Position numbers and translations under genes: made by a program. Positions 38,583-51,764 of a stretch of 64,000 nucleotides of DNA are shown piece after piece. Source of the stretch: Camelus ferus. Lineage: Eukaryota. The notes under the pieces were generated by a model. That model was not told where the DNA came from. It did not search any database and saw nothing but the letters and a program-made list of their open reading frames with translations. The DNA is taken from NCBI RefSeq assembly GCF_009834535.1, contig NC_045721.1, positions 19,096,001 to 19,160,000 on the forward strand, read 5' to 3'. The stretch's first letter is position 1; the number at the start of each line of letters is the position of its first letter.

Positions 38583-38699
38583 TTTTTTTTAAACATTTTT
38601 TATTGATTTATAATCATTTTACAATGTTGTGTCAAATTCCAGTGTTCAGCACAATTTTTCAGTCATACATGGACATATGCACACTCATTGTCACATTTT
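38583..38699 (-). mobile_element. Young camelid-type L1, severely 5' truncated, with TSD
   Basis: ttattgatttataatcattttacaatgttgtgtcaaattccag; flanked by TGGAGGTTTCT at 38573-38583 and 38699-38709. Confidence 0.9.
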
Positions 38700-40499
38700 G
38701 GAGGTTTCTGAATTGGGTTTTCCCTGCATACAGTATTTCTTCAGCTGCACATTTCAGAATGGCTTAAATAAACACAAATGGGCAGCAAGACAATGCAGAT
38801 ATGCATTTAACTCCAACTGCCTGTGTGGGGCTCTCTGGGGCCAAGTTTCTGGATCCTAACCTCGTTGGTATTTGGAGACAGTTTTGTCCTTTAGTTTAAA
38901 TATTTCTTTTTAAAATCTGGAGTAGGTATCACTTCTGCTATAGAATCAGTTATGCCCTTTCCAGATTCTTCTGGATCCTCACATCTTCTCACCACATGTT
39001 AATGGGACTATGACTTTGGATATTCTCACGTCTCTAGGATATTACACTTCCTGAGGAAGTCCCATCCTGAGAGATAGACGCCTTGTGGCAGGAACCACCT
39101 ATGCCTCCAGACCTCGAAATCTGTGTGTTGAAATAGTTCTCAGAGAAAGATATGCAGTTAATGACACAGGTGCAGAGGACACCTTTCTCTGAAAGCTGAG
39201 AAGCCCCCGTTCAGAGGGGACATAACTGGTCTTGTCTTAATCATGAAGGAAAAAAAGGTAGACAACTCTAATTCTGGGAAGAAATAGGAATTACAAGGAG
39301 AAGGCAGTTCAACTAATTGTGCAACCACATTATAAAAATTTTTGCGAGTCAACGGTCAAATGTGATGAGGACAGTAATTACCTCTCGGCAAAAGTTGGAA
39401 TGCTTAATTAATGTGAGCAAAAATAAGCTTTTTGGTATATTAGAAGAGGACACATGGCTTTGGCACTGCAACTAAGGAAAAAAATGCAAAAGAAAGATTA
39501 ATCGAATCAGAGATCAAGAGATGTAAAAAAATTAGCTAGTCACCAGAAAACCTTTGTGATGTTTAAAACATTTCCCTGCTCACCCAAAGCATGAGGAGAG
39601 GAAAAATGAATAGCATTTTACCTAAGGAATATTCACCTCCCCAGCCTAATTTTCTGTCAGGTACCACAGAGGTACAGGTCTCAGTGCCTAAGATCACCCG
39701 TAAGTAACAGGATCCAGACAGTTTCTGCGAGGACAAAACCGAGACACCTTCCTAAGCATGTTACTGCATATTAGACTGCAGTGGCCGGACAGTAAGGGAC
39801 GGGACATAAAATTGTTCATTCGGCAGAGGAAAGATTTGAGTTAAGGGGTCTTGTGCTTTGAGGAAATTTGGCACCTGAAGTGAAAGGGTTTAAAAATCCG
39901 AGGCTCTGAAACAAGTTAAATCACAAAACAGATGGACTCTTAACTCTCCATCTTCTTTGAAGGTTGGGGTCCTAACCCAGATTATCAAGCTGTCATAATT
40001 TGAAAAACTGCTGTAAAAGCCAACGGCAAGAATGCCTGTCAATTCTAAGCGAGAGGCGTTCACTCTTCAGTCTACATCTTCCCAAGCAACATGCAACTGA
40101 GCAAAGGACTGGGAGACTATTTAAAAATAAAGTGTAATCATTAAAAGGATCAGTACATCTTACCCTTAAGTTTATCCACAGTAAATAAGGTTCAATTTTC
40201 TAAATGATTTGTTTAGATTATAAAAGTGAATTAGGATGTAATTCTTATAACAGGGCTGCCTTTCTGTAAACACTTGTTTCTAATTGATTCAATGTCATGT
40301 ATATCCTGGGACCACATGCTAGCTTTCTCCGTAGTCAAGCTTTACAATTTTCTGAAGGACTACGGAGAATATTGAACATTCTTCTGTAGATGACCCCTAA
40401 ATTCAATTAGGATTCAACGTGGGGAAGCAAAAGATGTTTTATATAATTCTTAAATAATCTTTAAATTTGTCTGGAATACATTCATTAACAGGACCCACA

Positions 40500-40845
40500 T
40501 TAAAATAATTCACTTAGCCTTAAACCTTCAAGTCTAACCTAGATATTTCACTCTATAGTTTAATCCATTTTTTCTCTTTTTCCCATCTTTGGCCAACACT
40601 AGGACCAGATGGTCACCATCCACTACATCTTCAAAAATGATTAATACATCTCCCTTTAGCTTTCTCTCCTCTCTACTAAATAATTTAATTCTTCTTGAAT
40701 TTTTTTTTTTCCACAAGAGTCTCATTTTCTATTCTTCTAATTAGCTTGGTGTCTCTCAGAACACTCTTCGAGTTTCAGGATGATGCGGCAAAACTGAATT
40801 CTGATAAAGGTCCAACTAATGGAAAACAAGATAGTTTAAACATCA
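40500..40845 (-). mobile_element. CR1/L3 LINE fossil (ORF2 C-terminus)
   Basis: Minus translation LFSREERKLKGDVLIIF resembles CR1 LFSLEKRRLRGDLIAVF. Confidence 0.7.
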
Positions 40846-40852
40846 CATAGCT

Positions 40853-40935
40853 AGAATGAGAGGTCCTTGGGAGCAGGAACCTCGCGTCTTGTACATCTCT
40901 GAAACACACCAGGTGTTTGATAAATGATGACTTAA
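40853..40935 (+). mobile_element. L2 3' end
   Basis: tgagaggtccttgggagcaggaacc...gataaatgatg. Confidence 0.5.
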
Positions 40936-41701
40936 TGGGTCAGCAATCAGTGGAACTTAAAATGTCACCCACCAATGGAAAGCAAATCAAGGTTTTTGTT
41001 GTTATTTTTAAGCGATGGTGGGAGAAAGGAAAAATGCTAACACTGGAAAATTTTCTGCCAAGGCTCAAACTGATAAACAGTCTTGTCACTCCCAAATGTC
41101 ACGTATCATTTAACTTCAAAGACAGTAAAAGATGCAACCTCAGAATACCTCTCCATGCTTATCAAATTTCACTAGTCTGCATAATGGACAGGGTGGGGTC
41201 ACATTAAGCCAGTTAAAAGAGTGATTATGTTTTGAATGAGTCTTATTAAATTATATTATTAATTTTATCCTTATGTTATGAATATTATTCCCCCTCTTTA
41301 GCATACTTTACAATAGATTCAATGCACTGTATCAGTGCCATTTCTAATCATCAGAGTTTAAAAAGTTATTTCTTCATGAGAATTCACTTAGCTGAGTATG
41401 CATTTGTATAGTTTATAGTTATCCTGCCACCCCTGCGGTTCCATTTTTATAAACATTACTATTAGCATGGACAGAATATTGTCAGAGTCAGAAAAGTCAG
41501 CTTGAGAGCTCTGTTGAAAAGAAGGGCTAGTTTATCATCTTTGTCTTATGGACAGGGAGGGAGGTGCCATTATATATAAAGATTTTTTTTAAAAAAAGAA
41601 ACTACTTAAATCAATTCTCAAATGGCTTACTCGCTGAACCCCTGTAGCAGAAGTTGAAATAAACATCTCTCCTTCCCAGTCCCAGCTCCTCAGGTCACAT
41701 T

Positions 41702-41800
41702 TTCATTCAACAAACACTTATCCAGTAACTACTCTATGTTAAGCCCTGTATTAGGTGCTGGAGTTACAAAAATAGACACCCTTTATTTTAACCTCAACTA
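41702..41800 (-). mobile_element. L2 3' end
   Basis: ttcattcaacaaacacttat...ctgtattaggtgctggag. Confidence 0.75.
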
Positions 41801-43294
41801 CTTCACATGAAAGGAGGGCAGAGTCATAGTAACAGAAGAGCCTCCATCTACCCCCAGTGTTAGGGGTATTAATAACCTGCCTGCAGGGAGGAGAACCCAG
41901 GGAATCTGAAATCAACATTTTAAGCAAGCTTCAGAGCTTAATGATTAAAGCTAGAAAAAGGTTTCACAGAATAGAATCAAGAACAAATCTGCCAGCTGTT
42001 GAAATGATTAACATCTGCAAAAGATGTGACCACCTGAGAGAAAAGACACAGATTAATTAGAGCAGGAAAGGGAATAAGAAACTAGGAGCTATTTTAGACT
42101 CCAGTGTTTAGTTTCAATAAATAGAGAAAAGCTATTGTTCAGCAATATATTGTTTAGCAATTATTCTGTGGATTAGCCCTCAACAAACATTCCTGTAAGT
42201 ACGGCTACTTTTTATTTATTTGTGGATCAAAGTATACTTGAATTATGCAAACTCTGTATTCAAATTTAGAAACCCATTTACATACACACATCCATTCTAT
42301 TCCATGAATTCGTATTTTGGGCTATGAATATCTTGTTAACAGTTTATGCTGACTTCTTTTAAACTTAAACTTTCTAAATAATTTTATGGTCATCTTTGAC
42401 AATTCTTAAAAGTTACTCTTGGTAAAGTAAGTGTTGGATTTGAGCAGAATTTTTATGAAATCTTTAACTATTTTCACATGCAAGTAAGATTCCAAAATGT
42501 AATTGGACCCCAAAGAAGGAGCCCCGCTTTGACTTCCCACTCCACCTACAAACCAAATTGCAATTCCTAAATGAAACCCAAATTCCTTATTTTCTTTGCC
42601 TAGGTAGATTTCATTATAGCTGGGCTAAATTCAAAGGAGGAAGAAAGCAGTGTTTTAATGAGACTGCAAAGCTGCTTCTTTTCAAAACCTCCTTCTATCT
42701 GTTTTTAATGCCTTCAGGTTTTCAGTCATACTTGATAGATTACAAGTATCCTATGTTTCTTTCTACTCTCCGGAAGACAAATTCTCCCAAAGAAGGATGC
42801 ATGATATTTTAAAGAGAAAAACCTCTGAAAGCATCTCAAAGGTGAAAATTAAAGCAAAGAAAATACTTCAAAAGCAGGCTTCTCAGCGAGAAGTGCTGAG
42901 TCCAGGAAGCATGACTCAAACAACAGGAGGACTGTTCCTGTGCTTCCAAGATGTTGACAAGCCTAACGTGTGTCTTCTGAGTCTCCCCAAGGGCCCACCT
43001 AACACACAGCCCTAGTCCGAAACACACTAGAAGCTAAGCGCTTAAAGAGCCCTGAAACCCCACAAGACGAGCTGGAAAACTCAAACGGCGCACTCCTTAT
43101 CCAGAGGGATTTTTACGCTATTACAGACTTCATCTTAGAATGGTAACTACTCTACCCACCTTTTATTGGAAAAGGACTAAAGGAAGATGCTTTATTTTTA
43201 AAACACGAATCTGCCTTTGAATAGAATTAATTCTTGGAAGACAACTTTTTTTGGTCTACAATGACTATGCTGACATTTTACTTGGTTATAACTT

Positions 43295-43295
<1 letters not shown>

Positions 43296-43331
<36 letters not shown>
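43296..43331. repeat. (CA)18 microsatellite
   Basis: Perfect run. Confidence 0.97.
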
Positions 43332-43333
<2 letters not shown>

Positions 43334-43424
43334 CACACGATCAAGAATAATACATAGTTCCGGGAGACTTAAAATTTTCTGCAATGTCACTGGACACATT
43401 AAGGATTATATCTGGGGCAGACTT

Positions 43425-43582
43425 TTTTAAATTTTCATTTTATTTTTTACTTTTATTTAATTTTGGGGGTGATAAGTAGGCTTACTTACTAATTTATTTA
43501 TTTTTAGAGGAGGTGCCAGGGACTGAACCCAGGACCTTGTGCATGCTAAGCTTGGGCTCTGCCACTCGAGCTGTACCCTCCC
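43425..43582 (-). mobile_element. Vic-1-type SINE
   Basis: gactgaacccaggaccttgtgcatgctaagc...gagctgtaccctcccc; approximate TSD ggg(g/a)cagactt. Confidence 0.88.
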
Positions 43583-43740
43583 CTGCCTTAGGGACAGACT
43601 TCTTAAATTTCCATCTCACCTTACCTATTCTCCTGCTCATTTAGGTTGCAAAATAAAAGAGAAAAAAACCCCACATCATCTCTGTTTTTCATTTTGTAAA
43701 AGCAGATGACAGGTCCTTTAGAAAATACCATGACGTGGGG

Positions 43741-43857
43741 GTAGAGGGGGCAGAGGTGGGACTAGCTCAGAGGTAGAGCGTGTGCTTAGCATACATGAGG
43801 TCCTGGGTTCAATCCCCAGTTACCTCCATTAAAATAAATAAATAAACACATTGTTCA

Positions 43858-43884
<27 letters not shown>
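43741..43884 (+). mobile_element. Vic-1-type SINE
   Basis: tagctcagaggtagagcgtgtgcttagcatacatgaggtcctgggttcaatcccc plus long poly(A); TSD agaaaatacca(t/c)ga(c/a)g at 43720-43735 and 43885-43900. Confidence 0.92.
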
Positions 43885-43890
<6 letters not shown>

Positions 43891-45821
43891 TACCACGAAG
43901 CAAACATGAAAATAGGAGTCTCGCTGCCACTGGTGGGGGACGGGTGGAGTGAGAAGAGGAGACAGAGTAACTTAGAGTCAGAAGGATTTCAGGGAGTGCT
44001 GACAACTGATGGTGACTGCTGTGTGAAGAAACATTCCAAGGCTGCCAAGGAAAGACCTCTGTGATCCACTCCTGGTATCTGCTATAAGCACCAGAGGTGG
44101 GGGTGTTAACATACAAGCCACACACTTTCCATCTCTGCAGTAAAACATCTAAGTCAGGTGACTAAGCAAAGAACGCCAGGACCAACAAGCTACCCACCGG
44201 GAGGCACGCAAGTGCCCTTCTCCCCAGCAGCGAGGCAGAGGTCTAGAGAGCCCAGAGCACCTGGATTTCCGCTCCACAGTGTCAGCAGCCTGTGTTGGAG
44301 TGGTGAAGAGTCTGTATGATAAGTATGGACATTCTTCAAGTCCCTAAACTTTACTTTCCAACTGAAAGCATCTCATATTTTCCTAAAACAAGAGGAAAAT
44401 CTAGGTTTGGACCAAAGGAATTCTGAACGGCGAGTCATGGTTGGCCTCTTTTTCCATGCCAATCAGATATGGGACGGAAACTGTTTTTTGAAGGAGATGG
44501 CAAACAACTGGGTTAAAAAACCTGCTTATGTGGCTACTGGAAGGCACTTATCTCTTCTCAGGCCTTTAATATCTGTAACTACAAAAGAGTCCTAGGAAAT
44601 TTGATATAAAGAGATATCAAGTAACAAGTTTAAAATCAGACTTTTGTTTTCTACAGGAGGTGAAAAATAGGGAACTGAGTCAAACTAAAAGCAGCTGTCA
44701 TCTTCTTGCCATGGAGAGGAACTCCAATGGAAACCGTGCCAATCCACATTGGACAGGGGTAGTCGTGTGCTCAGCACTGGCATCAAAACGGCCTGGATAA
44801 AGCCAGCACTTAGCAACCACCTCTGGTTGTCATGGAGACTGGATAATGGAGGAGGGGAATGTGTATGTTCAAGAACTGATGGACTAGATAAAGAAGACAA
44901 CATGGAAGGAACTAGGTGAAAAAAAATGAAAACACTGAAACAGGGCTGGGAAATTACATCAGGGAAAGTGCACGGGTTTACCATTTTATTTTGGAGGAAT
45001 GTTATTAACACTTAAGAGTAAGAAATTCATATTTATGATAACATATAAACAATTTATAAAATAGTTAAAAAGCACGATGAGAGAAAGTAACTCTAATGTA
45101 GTTTAGAAATAAATATGTAAATTGCACTTTACTTTCTATTAATAGCAAACCCAAGAAAATCTAAAGTGAAGAGCTCACAGCGGGCTCCGGACTGAGGAGG
45201 GAGAGGCGTCTGCGGAGCAGATCCACAGCACCCGCCCCGTCCCTCTGCTTTACTGTAATTCTCTGCTCTACTAAACAAATAGGCAGATGTAAGTAGCTAC
45301 AGGTCAAGATCCCTGCTTGCTCATGAGAATCAATCACATGAAGGAGATCAAGAAATACAAGGGGAGATGTTTATTTTATAAAAACATGCATATGCAAGAT
45401 TTGGAAAACTAGCACACAGGATTCATTCAGCGGGGATCACACAGATTAGATTTTACAAATATAAACATGGTGCAAACCTACAGCGAAAAGACCTTCAATC
45501 TCGTGTATTCAGATATGTATTAAGTCATATCTATTCAGACTCCAATGTGAATACCTTTTTGAAATGATCTCTGCTAATTAGAGGAAGGGGCGTGTGTAGA
45601 ACCTTTTCGAAAACAGATACCTGTTGGGCATTCCTTTGATTGCCCATCTGTAACTCATCCATTTTCTGGATGGTCTGTGGACAAATGAGATGGCTGGTAG
45701 GCTTCCCTACTCCTTTGCACATTTCCAGGCTACCTGTTTCAGTTGCCTGGACAGTGTGGGTTTTTGGAGAATAAAAACTTACTGTGATTAACTAAAGCAG
45801 AACACAAATAGGAAGGTAAAC

Positions 45822-46510
45822 GTTTGATTTACTCAAGGATTCAACAAATATCTGTAGGGCAGCCAGTGTGTTCCTGGCATGGTACCTGGTATTAGGTGTG
45901 CAGTAGTGAACAAAGCAGACATGGCTCCTGCTAGCAGGAGCTTTCAGTTTCTCTAGGAAGAGAAGCAAATAATAAAAAGGAAAAAAAAAAAACCTAATAT
46001 AATTGTTATGAAAAGAAACAAACTGGACAAAGAAATGGAGTGAAAATGGTGGCGCCCACTTAGACAGGGTAGAGAGGGAGGGTTACTTCTGTGAGCTGAC
46101 ATTTAGCTGAGATAAAGACAGAGAAAATCAAGCCAGAGGGCAGAGTTTTCCCGAAGGGGAAACCGATTGTGCAAATGATCGTGGGGAGAGAGACCCGGGT
46201 AAGTTTTAAAATCAAGAGGAGGTCAGAGGGCAGGGGCAAAAGTTGAACAAGACAAGACAGGAAGGTAGGTGGAGGCCAGGCTACGCAGGGTCTTGTAGGC
46301 TATGGGAGGTTTTGAGCACTGTAGAGCTGGGAAGTGGCTTTAGATTTAAAAAAATATTCTGTCTGCTAGAAACCAAGCTAGGAGGCACTGTAGTGGTCCA
46401 GGCAGAAGATGACAGTGAGTGGCTCAGACCTGGGTGGCTACAGTGGGGCTGAAGATGATTTGGTAGATCTGAGATATGTTATGAAGGTGCTAACGACAGC
46501 TGGTTGATAT
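45822..46510 (-). mobile_element. L2a 3' region
   Basis: ttcaacaaatat...cagtagtgaacaaagcagacatggctcctgc...gtagtggtccaggcagaagatg. Confidence 0.8.
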
Positions 46511-46984
46511 ATCAGCTATCAAGAAATATGCCCCTATGAATGAATTCTTACAAACCAACAAGGGGTATTTCCATGCAAACCACAGGCACATTAAATAAAT
46601 CAACTGATTTTTTGTTGTTGTTGTCACATTATTTTCTCAACTTTACTTTCATCATGTGATAGAATCACAGCTCTGGAACTGCAAAACTGGATGGATGGCA
46701 TCTTAGAAATCGTCTTGGCTAGAAACCACATCTATTTTATGAGGAGTAACAACTTTCCATTACTTTTTATTTCTGCAGAGATTGTGGAGCAAAAGTTAAT
46801 CCCTGAGAGGACCTTAGTCAAAAGAGATCTGGCAGGAAGGTTTTCAGTATCTACCGGCACATTCTGATATACTGGTTGAGAGCTCCTCATCCACTCCAAC
46901 TCTTGTTCAGGTAAGAACACTGATGCCCAGAGGTGTTTAGAGATTCGCTGACATCCACCCAGATGAGAACTAATTCCATACTAA

Positions 46985-47890
46985 GTAAAAGCAATCTCAT
47001 CTACACCCACAGCTTCAATTATCATCCATATAATACTCACTTTGAAACTTATATGTAGAGCCCTGACATTTCCCTCGAGTGACTCAGCTATACATCTAGC
47101 TGCTTAGCTGATGTCTCTGCTTGGATGCTGCAAAATGCCTCAAACTCAGTACATTCAAAACAAAATTCATGCCGTTCCCGCAGCCCTCAAACATCGTTTT
47201 TCTCGGTGTACTCCATGTCAGAAAACGCCACCGCCACTCATCCTTCCATGCAAATCGGAAACGTAGGCGTCATCTTGGAAACATCCTTTCCCTAGTCCTG
47301 TATTCAATCCTTACTGATATTTTCTCATAAAGATCTTCCAGACTCCACTGACGAATCTTCATTTCCACTACCAGCTCCATGCAGTCTGCAATTTGTTCTT
47401 CTACACAGTTGTCAAAGTAACCATTTAAAATGCTAATCTGGTCACATCCTTCTATGCCCCAGCACTGTTTTTGCTTTTTGGCTAAAGGTCCAAATCCTCA
47501 TACACAGCTCACGATTGCGTGATTCTGCCCTTTGCTGTGTTGTAGCCACAATTATCGTCTCTCAGTTCCTCAAACAGGTCATGCTCCCTCCTGCTACCTT
47601 CACATCTGCCCCACTCCTCACCTGCAGTCGCCTTTCTCCCCCGCCTCTGTCCCCATCTACATGCTACCCACCCCACAAAACCGCCACGCAGCTAAGAGTT
47701 CTTGAGTAAGCCCGATCTCAGGGGTGACTTCCTACTTATCTGAGTGATCATTTCATTGATGTGTTCTGTTAGATTATAAGCCCTGCAGGGGATGGAACCC
47801 TGGTCTGGATTTGCTTACTTCTGTATTCTCAGAATTTAGAGAAATGCCTCATGCCTCCAGGCACTTCACCAACACTTGTTAATATATGGT
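46985..47890 (+). mobile_element. L2 fragment
   Basis: acagcttcaattatcatc...cctcaaactcagtacattcaaaac...gattataagccctgcagggg. Confidence 0.8.
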
Positions 47891-48051
47891 TTCATCGAAC
47901 TCTTCCTCTTCCTGGGCAGACCTTTGTTTCTGCCTAAGACATTCTGCCCATTTCTGCTCTGATCTGCCTAATAGTGATATGCACCTACTGGTCTGACAAG
48001 TGAATTAAAAAAAAATTATCAGAAAGTTGAAACTGGAACAATTGATTTCTG

Positions 48052-48116
48052 TACTGCCTTGGAGATACTGTGGGTTTGGTCCAGACCACCTCAATAAAGC
48101 ACATCTTGCAATAAAA
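48052..48116 (-). mobile_element. Tigger1 terminal fragment
   Basis: ccttggagatactgtgggtttggtccagaccacctcaataaagc. Confidence 0.75.
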
Positions 48117-49715
48117 ATTTTTTAAAAATAAACAGTTTTTTATAAAAGCTAATGGGAAGTGCTTCAGAAGCCTCACCTAACAAGAAACTAGTTAAGCCAC
48201 TGGGAAGATGACAAAGGACACACTCTGGAAAATAGTGGTCAGTGAGCAGCAAGGCGAGTCCTCCCTCCACGGACAAATACCTGTCCGTGTGCATCTGTGC
48301 ACATTCTGAGGACACTGCTGGGCACCGGGAAACTGAAGATGATGCTATGCACAACAGGTCCCCAGCTGGGTCCCCAGACACCCACACGACATCAACATCA
48401 AGGGACACGCACAGCTATATAATCAAACCCAAGTGGGAGGGTTAGAATTCCTGGAGAGGGGGAAGTTATGCAGGGAAAGCCTTCTTGGGAAGGAGAGTTT
48501 TGAAGAAAGGCAAAGATAGTCTCACGCTGAGGGCAAAGGAAGGCATTCAGGCTGAGTGGAAAGGGCTGGTGAGTGCAGAGGCTGACAGAGAGGAGAGAGC
48601 GAAGCGTCTGGGTAGGGAACGGTAATAAATCGCCTCCTTAACGGAGCTGAGAATTTGGGTCAGGGAGGAAAGGACCATGATGTAAATGGCAGCTGACGCA
48701 AACAGCTGGTGAAAGGCTTCGAAGCACATAATCAGAATCTGAAACTGGAGCAGAGAGACTGACACAGGAGAGAAAGTGACCAGGGGTATTTATCCAGTGG
48801 GAACCCACGTCCCGCAATGACAGGCTTTGGCTCCTGGTGAACTGTGTGGGACCGTCCTTCTGAAGACTGATTTAAGAAACCTCCTCCGACACGCTTTGAT
48901 TTATGTAGGAGTTCCATACGATGCTGAGAGAATGCAAGGCGGATGAGACGGGGAAGGTCTCAAAAGGAAACAATCCTTCAAGAAGATCCTTAAAGAAGTG
49001 GCAGCTGGGGATCGGAGCTCCTGCGTCTCTTTATCCAGACGGGACTTCCTCACGACCCTACTCCTTTCTAAATAAAACACGGAGCAGTTAACTGGACTTA
49101 CGTCTTTCATTCTCCTGGACACACCTTCACAGTGTCTAGCACATCGATACCTTGTCAATTTTCAGGCTCCTGGTGGTAATTACTGACTGCATAAAACATA
49201 AACAAGCAAGGAAAAAAAGAGGTTCCCGGACATACAGTGAAAGGGTAGTTAAGATTTGCCACCTCAGAAGCAAATGAAACATGTACGAGTTATGTGAGCG
49301 AAACCTAAGCTTTCGGAGACCCAGGAAGGCAAGGGTGAAACTTTCCAGCATGTGTGGTAAGAAGTAGCGACTTCGCAGAAACTCCCACGGTGAGCGAGCA
49401 GAGACTAAGGCATGATGCCTAAAATCACATGAAAAGTTTACACACGCGAGGGGTTCTCCTAAGTCATCAGACAGGAAAATGGGGGTGGAGGGGGCTAGCC
49501 TAAAGAACAGCAGTGGTCACTTCTGCTTATTTTTGTTTTCAGCAAGTCGGTGTTTTGTTTCTCTTTTTAATCTTGGCAAAGGAAAGAAAAAAAAAAAGTG
49601 TATACTTTTCCCAGCGGCCAAGATTTGATCCTCTGACCCACTTGTGAGCTGTCATCAGCCACTAAGAAATCTTGCCAGATTTCTAACTGGAATTTCAGTG
49701 AAGCTCGGCGAGCAT

Positions 49716-49752
49716 CGTGTGCGTGTGCGTGTGCGTGTGCGTGAGCGTGTGC
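49716..49752. repeat. (CGTGTG)n alternating purine-pyrimidine repeat
   Basis: Visible, CpGs retained. Confidence 0.92.
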
Positions 49753-50177
49753 ATACTGGCAGCTCTTCTGCCGGATGCCCGGTGGAGGCATCCGCTGTGA
49801 CAGTTGCATTCAGTGGCCTTGCAGTCCTACTGTTTAGCAAGGCCACACTGCTAGAAGAAAGGCTTGAGATGCTATTTGGATGCTAATTTTATAAGAATGG
49901 CTTACAAACCGCAACCATGTTTTCCCTGGACAAGGCCATTTGACACTGGTTGCCTGGGCATAACTGCAAGTTGCAAATCTGATATGGCCAGAAGAAAAGC
50001 TTGCTGGCAACAGGAAAGACGGGAAGAAATAATACTAATAGAAACAACAGCTGATACGTGCAAATCTAATGTAAATAAAAATATTCTGTATGTGTGGGAC
50101 ATTTACCTACATATCGGAAACAGAATTCTTCACTGCTGTGAAGTTAACATGCTATTTTAGAAAAACTGATAGCAATA

Positions 50178-50530
50178 AATATTTGATCACTTATATGTGG
50201 AATCCAAAGAAAAAAAAAATACAAATTCTGTCTACAAACCAAAAACAGACTCACAAACACAGGAAACCAACTACGGTTACCAAAGGGGAAAGGGCAGAGG
50301 AGGGATAAATTAGGAGTTTGGGATTAACAGATACTATTACTATTTATAAAATAGATAAACAACAAGGTCCTACTGTATAGCACAGGGAACTATACTCAAC
50401 ATCTTATAATAATCTATAATTGAAAAGAATATATATATATATATATATATAAAACTGAATCACTTTGCTGTACACCAGAAACTAACACAACATTGTAAAT
50501 CAACTATACTTCAAAGGAAGAATTTTTTAA
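50178..50530 (+). mobile_element. L1 3'UTR containing (AT)n
   Basis: cacttatatgtggaatc...ggagggataaattaggagtttgggattaacagatac...aatcaactatacttcaa. Confidence 0.9.
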
Positions 50531-50911
50531 AAATGCTAATGTGATCATTTGAGGAGAAGGGAGCAAGTTATAATACCAGAGAAATCTTGACTCGGTTAGT
50601 ATATCAAAGAAGTCTGCTGTAAAACAAAAATCATTCACCAGATTTCAACCTGCTTGGACAAGTGAATAAATGGTCATCCCAGGAACTATACAGTATACGA
50701 GGAAAAAGGATCTGTTTTGTTCTCTGGCACACCTCTAAGAACAGATTATTAAGAAGTCAGTGATTGCCCCCATTTCCATTTCTAGTTAATTCAATTACAC
50801 CTAGAAAACTTAATCTGGTCTTACTTCCCAAACCAACATTCTAAGTGCTCCCCCATCACAATCTCTGTTGCAGGTGGGACAAAACTAGACTTTTGGATAA
50901 TGATCTACATC

Positions 50912-51041
50912 TAGGGTGATCATAAAATTTATCAGCCAAACTAGAAAACTTCCGAGAGTGAATGATGGTGTTAGTAAGTAAGCCACGGCAGCAGGGGTCA
51001 GGGGGCACTGTTTGGGGAAACTCAGCATCAGGGTTTACTCA
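50912..51041 (+). mobile_element. MER94-like (hAT-Blackjack) element
   Basis: tagggtgatcataaaatttatcagccaaac...gagagtgaa. Confidence 0.7.
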
Positions 51042-51169
51042 TATCTGTCCCCAAGATGCTCACACACCATTGTCTTTCTCTATCTCAGAGGTTTACTCTA
51101 AGCTTTCACTGTTCCCTCCCTGGCTTCCACGTAAATAGAACCCATTATCAATGCTAGGAAAAAAAGGAA

Positions 51170-51445
51170 AAAGAGATTTGAATTGAATACCTGCTCAGCC
51201 ACTTACTGTGTAATCCTGGGCAAATGATTCACTCTCTCTGGGAATTTGGGAATTGAATTCTATCTCCTTCGCTTATTTTCTTTGCATCCTTGGGTAATTT
51301 ACTTGATACTTCTATACAATAGGTTCCTTGTCTATAAAATGGGGAGAATAATACTGGCTCCCTCATGGATTTGGGGGAAGAATGTATACCATGATGGACT
51401 TCAGGGACCAAGCATCAACCACACGTAATACTGTCTACTTCACGT
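51170..51445 (+). mobile_element. Two tandem MIR segments
   Basis: cagccacttactgtgtaatcctgggcaaatg; ccttgggtaatttac...tataaaatgggg. Confidence 0.7.
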
Positions 51446-51764
51446 GCATATGTTAGTTTTCTCTCTCCAATCAGTTTTAAAAACTCAGCAAATGAAAACC
51501 ATAGCATATCATTGATCTGAGAGCTCCCTACTTTCCCAGCCTTGCTGTTTGCCTTTCACATGACATTCAGCAACTATGAACTGCCAGGTACCACCAGCCC
51601 TCCACCCCTCATCATTTTTCCCCCCAGCTTTGTGCCCTTATATGGTTCTCTCTGGGGGAAATGTGCATTGTTCTTAGATGACTCTGACCATGCTGTAAGA
51701 TTCAGCTCAGCTTCCTCTCCTGCAGGTAGCTTCCCAAATTTCTCCCAAGCTGGGTTAGGTTTCC

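Noticed and set aside
49567-49809. ORF with HAHAHA repeat
   Set aside because: Simply the translation of the (CGTGTG)n microsatellite
51636-51645. Perfect CArG box CCTTATATGG
   Set aside because: Several such 10-mers are expected by chance in 64 kb of AT-rich DNA; no supporting context
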